Shown in pieces: positions 28,130-36,850 of a DNA stretch of 64,000 bases; within the stretch, counting starts at the first letter, position 1, and each line of letters begins with the position of its first letter. Under the pieces are notes generated by a model, which ran no database searches, was not told the origin of the DNA, and saw only the letters and a program-made list of their open reading frames with translations. This DNA is from a virus. Location: positions 5,205 to 69,204 of IMG/VR virus record IMGVR_UViG_3300046001_006524; one strand, written 5' to 3'. The position numbers were made by a program, and so were the translations under genes.

Positions 28130-29269
28130 TTATTTTCCAAATCCGCTAAATTTCACTCCAAATCCGTTTGCATTTTCCCCACTAAGACTTCCGTAACCAG
28201 CTTCAACCTTTTTACTCGTTTGTAATGGCTTATGTCCGAAATTCACATTGTTATCGCTTTCTACCATTTCTTCAAGTAGTTGCGCCCTTGCTTGTTGCAT
28301 AGCCGCAGAGATAACTTTTAGTTGATTTTCTTCAACGCCCCACCATAACGACTTTGTAAGTCCTTGATGATTAAATCCGTCTTTCGATTGGTAACGTTTG
28401 TTAATTGTTAAATCCACGTCTTGAGCTTCCGATAACATACGATGCTTATCGTCTTTTGAGTACTCATAACTAAAATTCAATTCCTTTTTTTCTCCGTTAT
28501 CATCTATAACTACCTTAAAATCCGAAGCGGTAACACGGTTCACCGCTTGTTCTATATTATTTAAGTAGGTATTTCTTTTTTCTGTAAAAGCATCAAAATC
28601 GGCTTTTAAAACTTTCGTTCCATCTTCCAATTGTACCATTTCAACATCATTCGCTCTTTTGGCTTGTGTAATCTTCTCTAATGGCGTTCTGTACTTTTCT
28701 TGTTCTTCTATTAATTTGTCACGATATGATTTGGCAAATCCATTTAATTCTATTTTTGCCTTAACAGATAATTCAGCATCACTTAAATCAATACCTAATT
28801 TATCTTCTAAGTATTCAATAGCTTCAGCCTCTGTTAATTTTACTCCGTTATCTATACGAACCCTCTCTATTGCCAATTCTAATGCAGAAACTTTCGTAAA
28901 ATCTTCTTTCAGATAATCGAAATCTTTTCTTGTTCTGCCCGTTTCTTTTTTGTATTTAAAATAAGCGTCATCTTCTTCGTCAATTAGTCCTTCGTATTTA
29001 TTTACTTCTTTTACTTGAAATAAATCATCTACATTGGCTACATCCCTACCGTTTTTCTTAAAATAAGCGACAATTTGCTCTGGTGTTAATTCTTTTTCTG
29101 CGGATGCAGCTTCTTTTTGCTCTATAACTTCATCAACTTTTTCTATCGTAGGTTCTGCTTGTGTATCAGCTATTACTTCTTCCTGAATTTCAGCTACAAT
29201 CGGTGCTTCAACTGATTCAAATCCTTTGCCCAAATTGCTTTCAAAATCGTTTTTTATCCCAAATGCCAT
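28130..29269 (-). CDS. capsid scaffolding protein
   Basis: Acidic N-terminus, YFKYKKETGR..DF motif, directly upstream of the capsid gene with its own promoter. Confidence 0.65.
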   Translation of the reverse strand: MAFGIKNDFESNLGKGFESVEAPIVAEIQEEVIADTQAEPTIEKVDEVIEQKEAASAEKELTPEQIVAYFKKNGRDVANVDDLFQVKEVNKYEGLIDEEDDAYFKYKKETGRTRKDFDYLKEDFTKVSALELAIERVRIDNGVKLTEAEAIEYLEDKLGIDLSDAELSVKAKIELNGFAKSYRDKLIEEQEKYRTPLEKITQAKRANDVEMVQLEDGTKVLKADFDAFTEKRNTYLNNIEQAVNRVTASDFKVVIDDNGEKKELNFSYEYSKDDKHRMLSEAQDVDLTINKRYQSKDGFNHQGLTKSLWWGVEENQLKVISAAMQQARAQLLEEMVESDNNVNFGHKPLQTSKKVEAGYGSLSGENANGFGVKFSGFGK

Positions 29270-29292
29270 ATAAATATAATTTATTATTACAA

Positions 29293-29300
29293 CAAATGTA
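29293..29300 (-). promoter_or_regulatory. promoter -7 element (TACATTTG) for scaffold/capsid
   Basis: TAnnTTTG on (-), with a palindrome at 29319-29337. Confidence 0.7.
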
Positions 29301-29355
29301 ATAATTTTTTCTTATAGTAGTATAAATAATTAATATTATTGGTACATATAGGCAT

Positions 29356-29384
29356 AAAAAAACCCGATATTGTTACATATCGGG
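29356..29384 (-). terminator. intrinsic terminator
   Basis: CCCGATAT-N6-ATATCGGG with an A7 run on its left. Confidence 0.75.
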
Positions 29385-29478
29385 CAGATAAACTAAAATA
29401 AAACTAAAATAAATATGAAAAAGAAAAGACTAATGTACGAATAATATTAATAAGTACGATTAATTTGTATTAAAAATA

Positions 29479-30957
29479 TTATCTTATTTCTTTCCAATTG
29501 ATAGATGCCTGACAGACTGATGCACCACCTAATCCTGTAACCAATAATGTCAATCTGCCTAATTCTCTAACTGCGCCTAATGTATCTAAGGTTATCGGAT
29601 ATTTAAAAGGAACTGTTGCGTTAACATCCCCTTTAGCCTGTGCTGATGCAGCTACAAATCCACTTGCTACAACTATTATAGGATTTCCGCTTAATGTTCC
29701 TAATGTATTTGATGCAAATGCAGAATAAGTAGTATTAGCATCATTAAAAGCTGTTGTTCCGCTTAATGTAGTTCCTAAACATAATTCCCATTTAATAGGA
29801 TTTACTCCAGTAACCAAAATATTAAAGTTTTCTAATATGAATTTACTTCTATTCTGTATCTCATTAAAGGTTAGTTTTGGCTGAATAGATAAAATATGCG
29901 TTCTCGTGCCACTTCCTGCCGCTACACTTCCGCTTGCAGTAAAATCATACCCCTCACTATTTCCAATTCCATCTTCTTGCATAACAGTAGAACAAATGAA
30001 ATTCATAGTGGTTGTCGCTACATCGCTACAAGTCATTCCACATCTTAAAGGCAAATTCGCTGTTTTTATGTAGTTTGTCAGGGTATTGTTAGCGTTTCTA
30101 AATTCGTGTACATAGTAAATCTTTCCGTCAATATCAAAACCAACCCTAACTCTACCTACATATAACGCTTGAAAATCCAATACTAAAATCTGTGCTTTTG
30201 TCAAATCTAAAGTAATTCTACTTACACCTGTACCATCTAATCTGTCTAAATTCCAATTAGGTTGCGTTATAATTTGGTTTCCTACGTCTGTTGTAGATAA
30301 TATTGCTATTTCAGGTATTATTCCATTCAATCTAAATTCAATGCCTTCGTTTCCGTCTGTATATCCAACAAATTTTACAACATTTGCTTTTGCTTCAATA
30401 AAGTTAAAAGTCATCATAACTAATTGGCTCTTACCGCTTGTATATCTGAAATGTTCGTAAGTTTGCATAATAGTCTTACTCGCCGCAACCGAAGCGTTAA
30501 ATGTCATCAATGTATTTCTATTTATAGTATTATGTGTTATTGTTCCGCCACTTGCGATTCGCTCAAATAATAAAGGTTGTAAATCATAGGTAAATTGCGA
30601 ATCAAATAAACCTTTTGATTGCGAAGTCCTTAAACGGCTAAAAGCATCGAAGTTAGCTGAATCTCCAAATAGTACTTCCATACCATCATTGGCTTTTTTA
30701 CCTCCCGTGTTATTTGCAATCCAATTTAACATTTCCGCTTTAGATGCGAAAAACTTTCCATTAATATCAATTATTTCAGTAAATTTATAACCACTACTAT
30801 CAGGCAAAACTTGGTCTGATGTAGTATCATAGAAATAAATAACATCACCTTTTACCATAGGGTAAATGTCCGTCAAGGATTTTCTTAATATTTCGCTATT
30901 GCTCGTAGTGTCTGTAATTACGAAGTAACTACCCTGAATCTCAAATTTATATGCCAT
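29479..30957 (-). CDS. virion fibre/decoration protein (shared N-terminal domain plus lectin/ConA-like domain)
   Basis: First ~85 aa are homologous to 36851-39748. DAFSRLRTS..LFDSQF..WNLDRLDGTG..YVGRVRVGF resembles phage structural proteins. Confidence 0.6.
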   Translation of the reverse strand: MAYKFEIQGSYFVITDTTSNSEILRKSLTDIYPMVKGDVIYFYDTTSDQVLPDSSGYKFTEIIDINGKFFASKAEMLNWIANNTGGKKANDGMEVLFGDSANFDAFSRLRTSQSKGLFDSQFTYDLQPLLFERIASGGTITHNTINRNTLMTFNASVAASKTIMQTYEHFRYTSGKSQLVMMTFNFIEAKANVVKFVGYTDGNEGIEFRLNGIIPEIAILSTTDVGNQIITQPNWNLDRLDGTGVSRITLDLTKAQILVLDFQALYVGRVRVGFDIDGKIYYVHEFRNANNTLTNYIKTANLPLRCGMTCSDVATTTMNFICSTVMQEDGIGNSEGYDFTASGSVAAGSGTRTHILSIQPKLTFNEIQNRSKFILENFNILVTGVNPIKWELCLGTTLSGTTAFNDANTTYSAFASNTLGTLSGNPIIVVASGFVAASAQAKGDVNATVPFKYPITLDTLGAVRELGRLTLLVTGLGGASVCQASINWKEIR

Positions 30958-30979
30958 TGCTTTATGTTTTTATTGGTTA

Positions 30980-33379
30980 TTAATTTGTGTTAAAAATATC
31001 ACCAAAAATATTGTTCTCAAAATCTATCGGTGGTGCGCTTTCCATTTTCCTTTGATTAATCATTTTGGACTGTTGCGTAGATTGTTTATCTATGCGTAAG
31101 TCCTTTGACGATTCCTTAAATTTGTTAAGATTAAAGTTACTCGCAACTTCCAATTGTTTCAAATAAACTTCTTGTTGAAATTCTTTGTCTTGCACAGGTG
31201 CTTCAATTTGCAATTTGGCTTGTAATTTTAACGCTTCTATTTGTGCCATAGCTGATTGATATTCCAAATCCATTTTCATTTTCATACCATAAGATTCAAT
31301 CTGATTTTGAGCTGCTGCCTTACTTGATTCAACCTGACTTTGAGTTTGCATTTGGATTGTATTGTTTTGTTCTTCCATACGTTCCTTGATTTTCTTACGT
31401 CTTTTATAAAGCAAATAACGTGTAGCCATTTTAATATTGGTTCGCGCTATCATAACCGCTTCTGCTTTGGTTTCTACATCAACTGTACCTTCTTGTATTC
31501 CCAAAGTTAAATCTGCTTTAAAATCAGCCATTTCCTCTTGTGTAGGTATCATTTCAACTGTAAATCCGAAATCGTGTAAATTACGGTCTGCCATAACTTC
31601 TAACGCATCTACAATATGTTTTCCTACCGCCCTTGTATAAACTTCTTGCAATCTTTTTGCACCATCTTGTTTAGATTTAAAGATACCGTGTATTCTGCTT
31701 GAAATTAATTCACATTGGCTTTTATTAAAATCTGTTGAAGCTCTTACAATATGTTCCGTAGCCGTATTACTTGCCATTTGCGCCATTTGATTCACACCTA
31801 ATAAAGCATCTTGCGATAATGAACCATCTCTTGCAGGGTTAATTCCCGTAATATCTCGTATCATATTGTAGTAATGCGCCCAAACATTTAACAATGCGGC
31901 TAATGCAGTACCTTGATTTGTTGGTGTTGACCTTGCGCCTGGACTGTCTTTCATTCCCATATCGCCCAAATCGGTTCTTTTGGTAAATACCACACCTTTT
32001 ACATTCAATAAGTTTAAGGCAGTTTTCCAAGTATCACCTTTTTTTCCATCACTATCTAATTCAGCCAATTGGTCTAAGTCAATAGTAATCAAATCAGGTT
32101 TCAATTCCGCAACCAAATGTTGAATTTTCAAGTGGATATATTGAATTTCATCAGCAGGTGTTTCTATGTTATCAGAAAATGCGTGTAATTCATTCTTGTA
32201 AATGTCGGTTGCTCTAACTGTATAAGGCGATTTTGCTTTATTCATTTCATCTCTTACAATATGCTCACATTCTTTGTAACCATAAATAAAATTCGTACCT
32301 AAAACAAAATTTCCCTCAAACCAAGTGTCCTTAGTGTCTTTTATGAATTTATAATCCTTTCCATCTTCTCCAGCAACATAACTTTCATCTTTTTTGGCTA
32401 ATTTTATCGTTTTGCCGTCTTTTAAAGTATTTTTCCATACAGTTGTTTTTGAAGTTTTGTATGAAAATCGCATAATTTCTACTTTTACAGATAATATATC
32501 CTGTAAATCACAAGTTTCTGTATTGGTTGTAGCGTGTGTTTTCTTGCCAAAATTCTTAGCAATTTCCCTAAGTTCTTTATCGGTAAAATCACTTTCTCTT
32601 TTAATGTCTGCCAAAGTCAAACTATTCATTTCAAAGAAATAAGTTGCATCGCTAAAATCATTTCTTTCAACGTAACTATGACCAAAGTTTTCAGGGTCAA
32701 CATAAACAGGTACTACGCCATTATGAGGGTCTGTATAAGTCCTTGAAACTGCAATACCAATTTGAACCAAATCCTTATTTTTCTGTTCTTCTATGTTTTG
32801 CCATTTGTTCGTTCTTTTAACATAGTCAATTAACAATTCTTCGGCAATCTCTATTTTAGGTCGGTCTTTTAATTCAGTATATAACTGCAATTCTTCTTCA
32901 TCTTCAGGAATAAAACCTTTTGGAATTAAATCTATGCCTAACTTCGCTTTTGCATCTTGTAATAAAGGCAAACTTCGCATATTCTTTCTATGCTGTTCCA
33001 TTTTGTCATTCTTAATCTTGACAGAAATTTTGTCATTTGCCCTAATATCTAAGCGATAATATTCATCACGAATACCACTACTAACGATATTACAAAACTT
33101 TTCAGCAATGTTTAACGGTTTCCAATCTAAGTTTAAATAAGTTAAATCACCCTCTTGTCTTGCAACGTGTTCTTTGTACTTTTTAATGTCTTGTTTACCA
33201 CGAATCCATAGTCTTTTATTGTGAATCCAATCTCTGCGTTTGGCATATTCACCTGATTCTCCATTGAACCAATCCGATTCAATAACTTTCGCTACCTTGA
33301 TACCGTAGCCTTTACTCTTTTTTTCTGCGTTGGTTGCGAATGGATCGGGTAAACCAACTTTTTTGTTTGTTTCTGTCAT
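30980..33379 (-). CDS. portal protein
   Basis: 799 aa directly after the terminase. YLNLDWKPLNIAEKF and IRDITGINPARDGS motifs, C-terminal helical barrel. Confidence 0.82.
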   Translation of the reverse strand: MTETNKKVGLPDPFATNAEKKSKGYGIKVAKVIESDWFNGESGEYAKRRDWIHNKRLWIRGKQDIKKYKEHVARQEGDLTYLNLDWKPLNIAEKFCNIVSSGIRDEYYRLDIRANDKISVKIKNDKMEQHRKNMRSLPLLQDAKAKLGIDLIPKGFIPEDEEELQLYTELKDRPKIEIAEELLIDYVKRTNKWQNIEEQKNKDLVQIGIAVSRTYTDPHNGVVPVYVDPENFGHSYVERNDFSDATYFFEMNSLTLADIKRESDFTDKELREIAKNFGKKTHATTNTETCDLQDILSVKVEIMRFSYKTSKTTVWKNTLKDGKTIKLAKKDESYVAGEDGKDYKFIKDTKDTWFEGNFVLGTNFIYGYKECEHIVRDEMNKAKSPYTVRATDIYKNELHAFSDNIETPADEIQYIHLKIQHLVAELKPDLITIDLDQLAELDSDGKKGDTWKTALNLLNVKGVVFTKRTDLGDMGMKDSPGARSTPTNQGTALAALLNVWAHYYNMIRDITGINPARDGSLSQDALLGVNQMAQMASNTATEHIVRASTDFNKSQCELISSRIHGIFKSKQDGAKRLQEVYTRAVGKHIVDALEVMADRNLHDFGFTVEMIPTQEEMADFKADLTLGIQEGTVDVETKAEAVMIARTNIKMATRYLLYKRRKKIKERMEEQNNTIQMQTQSQVESSKAAAQNQIESYGMKMKMDLEYQSAMAQIEALKLQAKLQIEAPVQDKEFQQEVYLKQLEVASNFNLNKFKESSKDLRIDKQSTQQSKMINQRKMESAPPIDFENNIFGDIFNTN

Positions 33380-35616
33380 AATGCTATCGATATTTGTCCT
33401 TCGTTATTATATTGGGTAAATGGGTTTCTTCTTGGTTTTTCGTCTTTTTTGACTGTTAATGTTCTGCGTTGGTTGGCTAAGGCGGCTAAGGACGAGCTGA
33501 TAAAACCATCTTGTTTGGTACGTCCTCCTGGCGTTTTAGTGTCAACTTCTCGCCATTGTTTTAATGTTCTATTAAATGGCATATATCCAATAGTGCCTTT
33601 TGGTCTATGCGTGTCCGTCATTGCATATCCTATATAATTTTCGATATAACTTTCAATCGCGTAAAACTGTTGTAGTCCAATTTTGCTATCTTGGGCAGAG
33701 CATCCTCCATATTCCTTCTCGGTAGGCGTCATATCTTTCCATAATTTAAAAGGTGTATTTAGACTATAATGCCTATACCCCCTATCTTTAATCATAGTTA
33801 GGAATTTCTCATTTGATAACTCGGCTAACATTGGTACGCTGTAATAAATTAGCAGGAGCAAGACATCCTCGAAAAATAACTCTACTGTTGGCGCTCTGTC
33901 AATATACTCTACGATATAAGCATCGTTAGGTAATTCTGATGTATTAAAAGTTGTCTGAATGTGTATCGCGCCTTTTGAACCACGCCCATCAGCACCTTGC
34001 GATCTATTATACGGGTCACAGCCTCCAGAAGCTATATGCCCTGCTAATGGCGACCAAGACGTAATCCCGTTCTTAGTCAACATTTCTTTTTTATTCCTAA
34101 ATTCTAATGGTGGGTGACATCCACTTGCTATCCAAAATCTTCCTAACGGATTTGGATTCCAAACCGCAATTGTATCTTGAATACCATTTTCCCAAGTGAA
34201 ATTTCCTCTCTCTATATCATTACTTCCGTTTTCGTTATAGCCACATTCATATTCGTTATGTTCTTCTTGGTCTATAATCTTCATTAAATTAAAATCACAA
34301 TCACTTGATTCATCGCGAAAAGCTTCTTTTTCACCCCTCGGATTTTGTCTTAAATACTCGTTGTATTCTTTAGGATTGTCTTTTAAGCCTAATAAATCAT
34401 TTTCAATATGCGTATTTGCACCCGTAGTTATGTATTCACCTAAGTCGGTTTTTATAGGGTGTTTTGGGTCGTCTGCAATACTAAAACCATATACATCAAA
34501 GAAACCCTCTAAACAATATTGAGCAGGAATTAATAATCTATATAAACCACTTGTCGTCTGGTCATTTTGATTTCGCTTTGTTGGGTCGCTTTGGTCATAT
34601 ACATTCTTAAATTCTCGTCCACCTTTACTCATTGCGTTCACCGTACTTCCCACCATTGCCTTACCTACAATACGTTTTCCTTGCCTATGCGAAGTCTTAA
34701 CAATACTCCAATATTCATCAAATGGTACTTCGCGAGGAAATTTTGCACTTTCGTCCAGAGAGCTTCTAAATATTTTATCACCATCCATCGCGTTCATTAC
34801 TGTATTATGCCAAGATATTACAGTATCAAGTCCTTCATCCATTCCAATATCATCGTCATCACGTTTTTTCCTACGTGTAGGTTCAGCAAACACTAATTCA
34901 GTACGAGGGCTTGTAGTTCCATCGAACACTGGCATAAAAAATGCAGGTAGCTTTTTAAACGTTCTTACCAAACGAGAAAAATTTCCTTTCGCATCTTTAC
35001 CTGTTTTCGATATTAAGCCAAGTTGTTTATTTTCATTTGTAGTACCGCTATCAATCATTTCGCAATTACAAATACTCGTCCACCCGAAACGTCTGTTTTT
35101 CACATAAATAATACCATAACAACGCTGGTCTATTTTCGTTGCCTCCCAATAAATAAGCAATTCGTTTTGGATTAACCTAAAATCAGGATAACCCTCGTCT
35201 AATCTATTCCATTGGTAAAAGAAATAAGACGTTCCTGTTAAGTAAACCGCAACTCCATTAAGGTAAATCCACACACCTTCTTTTCTTCTTCTTAATTCTT
35301 CTAAAATATATTCTTCATATTTTAAGTCATATTGCGTTTTATCCGTAATTCCTTTAGGCGGTTCTATTCTTCGCCAAATTTGACTTTTTTCAGTCTTATC
35401 CCAATTTATTATTTTTGTTTTGTCTTTTGGCTTTTCAGGGAAACCGATATAAATACCACTTACATAATAGATTTCGCCAAGCGTACCGTCTTTGGATATG
35501 ATTATTACATCATACTCTTTATTGTAGCCACTTTCCCAAGACTTTATTGCATTATTGCTTAGCCTAATTTTTTCAGGAACTTTACCGTATTCTAATGTGC
35601 CAAGATATTTTATCAT
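33376..35616 (-). CDS. terL: terminase large subunit
   Basis: Walker A variant KNRRFGWT, Walker B LDESAK, motif III GST, nuclease motif GCDPY, EYIDRAP. Confidence 0.88.
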   Translation of the reverse strand: MIKYLGTLEYGKVPEKIRLSNNAIKSWESGYNKEYDVIIISKDGTLGEIYYVSGIYIGFPEKPKDKTKIINWDKTEKSQIWRRIEPPKGITDKTQYDLKYEEYILEELRRRKEGVWIYLNGVAVYLTGTSYFFYQWNRLDEGYPDFRLIQNELLIYWEATKIDQRCYGIIYVKNRRFGWTSICNCEMIDSGTTNENKQLGLISKTGKDAKGNFSRLVRTFKKLPAFFMPVFDGTTSPRTELVFAEPTRRKKRDDDDIGMDEGLDTVISWHNTVMNAMDGDKIFRSSLDESAKFPREVPFDEYWSIVKTSHRQGKRIVGKAMVGSTVNAMSKGGREFKNVYDQSDPTKRNQNDQTTSGLYRLLIPAQYCLEGFFDVYGFSIADDPKHPIKTDLGEYITTGANTHIENDLLGLKDNPKEYNEYLRQNPRGEKEAFRDESSDCDFNLMKIIDQEEHNEYECGYNENGSNDIERGNFTWENGIQDTIAVWNPNPLGRFWIASGCHPPLEFRNKKEMLTKNGITSWSPLAGHIASGGCDPYNRSQGADGRGSKGAIHIQTTFNTSELPNDAYIVEYIDRAPTVELFFEDVLLLLIYYSVPMLAELSNEKFLTMIKDRGYRHYSLNTPFKLWKDMTPTEKEYGGCSAQDSKIGLQQFYAIESYIENYIGYAMTDTHRPKGTIGYMPFNRTLKQWREVDTKTPGGRTKQDGFISSSLAALANQRRTLTVKKDEKPRRNPFTQYNNEGQISIAL

Positions 35617-35900
35617 TTATTACTCGCTGCAATTTTAGCCCAGCTCTGTTTTGGTTTTATTTCTTCAACTTCTTCTCCACTTAGTTCTTTTTCGAGCAAA
35701 TCAATTTTTTTCAAACACCACGTTATATCTTCTGCGGCTTGTCTCCTACCTTTTAAAACATTATAAAACTTATCACTTGACATATCTTCATCAGTTTCCT
35801 TATCGACAACTTCCATATTCCTGTCAACCATATTCTTTAATTTCTGAATAAGGTCAGGTAATCGCTGTTCGTAATAACTTATTTTCTTTTCTTCTTCCAT
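35613..35900 (-). CDS. putative terminase small subunit
   Basis: 95-aa helical protein overlapping the terL start. Confidence 0.45.
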   Translation of the reverse strand: MEEEKKISYYEQRLPDLIQKLKNMVDRNMEVVDKETDEDMSSDKFYNVLKGRRQAAEDITWCLKKIDLLEKELSGEEVEEIKPKQSWAKIAASNK

Positions 35901-36082
35901 TATTCGTTCTTATCAGTTAATTCATCGCTACCCATTGTATATTTACCATCAGCACATTTAACAAATTCAACATAGGTATCAACTATTCCGTCTTTCCATA
36001 CTAAATTTCCTTTTACTAAATTTTTCATATTATTTCCCATTTTTATAATTTTGCTATTATATCCGATACTCTCAACCACCAA
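35900..36082 (-). CDS. small hypothetical protein (true start possibly 36040)
   Basis: Fills the gap between the GroES-like gene and the putative terS. Confidence 0.35.
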   Translation of the reverse strand: MVVESIGYNSKIIKMGNNMKNLVKGNLVWKDGIVDTYVEFVKCADGKYTMGSDELTDKNE

Positions 36083-36639
36083 TACTCAATCCCGTCTAAC
36101 CAAAATACGATTCCACCTTGCTTATTTATCGCAACAGTATCGCCAACTTCAATACCTAAATCTTTCAAACCTTGATTAATGTATTTAACAATTACCCTAT
36201 CTTTTAGAAATTCATCCTTTTCATCTTCAAGCAAAATCAAACCTTTTGTGATTTCTTTTTTCTCTTTCAAAATAGGTTCGCACAAACAATTTTCTAAAAA
36301 TCCAATCCATTCAGAATCTTTATCTTTTCTGTATAGCACAATCAATTTAGGCTCGATTTTAAACAACATTTTATCTCTATCAAGCAAATGAATACTCTCT
36401 TGTTTAATACCTCTGTAAATCTGCTCATATAAGATTGTAGGGTCAATCAATACCTCAAAATCTATCTCTATTTCGCTATTCTGTATAGAAAATGGCGTTT
36501 CTTTTACAATCCCTATTCTGTTTGATAATTTATCGGCAGAAAAATCTTTATTTGCGTATAATTCTAATCCGCCTTTTGTTGTTATTGTTTCTTTAAATGG
36601 GTTCTTTATCTCTATTATGTAATCGTTTATTCCTTTCAT
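36043..36639 (-). CDS. GroES/Cpn10-like co-chaperonin with tandem domains
   Basis: Two GroES-like units: DYIIEI..TKGGLEL..GIVKETP and CEPI..TKGLILL..GIEVGDTVA..LRVSDIIAKL. Confidence 0.65.
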   Translation of the reverse strand: MKGINDYIIEIKNPFKETITTKGGLELYANKDFSADKLSNRIGIVKETPFSIQNSEIEIDFEVLIDPTILYEQIYRGIKQESIHLLDRDKMLFKIEPKLIVLYRKDKDSEWIGFLENCLCEPILKEKKEITKGLILLEDEKDEFLKDRVIVKYINQGLKDLGIEVGDTVAINKQGGIVFWLDGIEYWWLRVSDIIAKL

Positions 36640-36684
36640 TGTACTATTAGTATAATTTTATTGTATTAGTTTATTCAAATTTTT

Positions 36685-36795
36685 TTATGATAAATTGACT
36701 ATTCCTGACATCACCACCAACACACCACGCTTGTACTCAACCGCCTTGGTGAAAGCGGAAACTTCGAGTATTTTTGTAAGAAGGGTTTGTTTCAT
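36685..36795 (-). other. GC-rich structured intergenic element (hairpin with possible pseudoknot) coinciding with a 36-codon ORF
   Basis: Minus-strand stems TACTCGA/TTGAGTA and CCGCTTT/AAGGCGG, loop CACC, downstream GGTG repeats. Confidence 0.45.
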
Positions 36796-36850
36796 TTTTT
36801 TATGTGCTTTGTTGTTGTTTGTTTACTCTCTTAATTAATTGGTGTTTGAA

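Noticed and set aside
36700-36775. Hammerhead or other known self-cleaving ribozyme
   Set aside because: The CUGANGA/GAAA core is not present in the right arrangement on either strand, so it is kept only as an unclassified structure.
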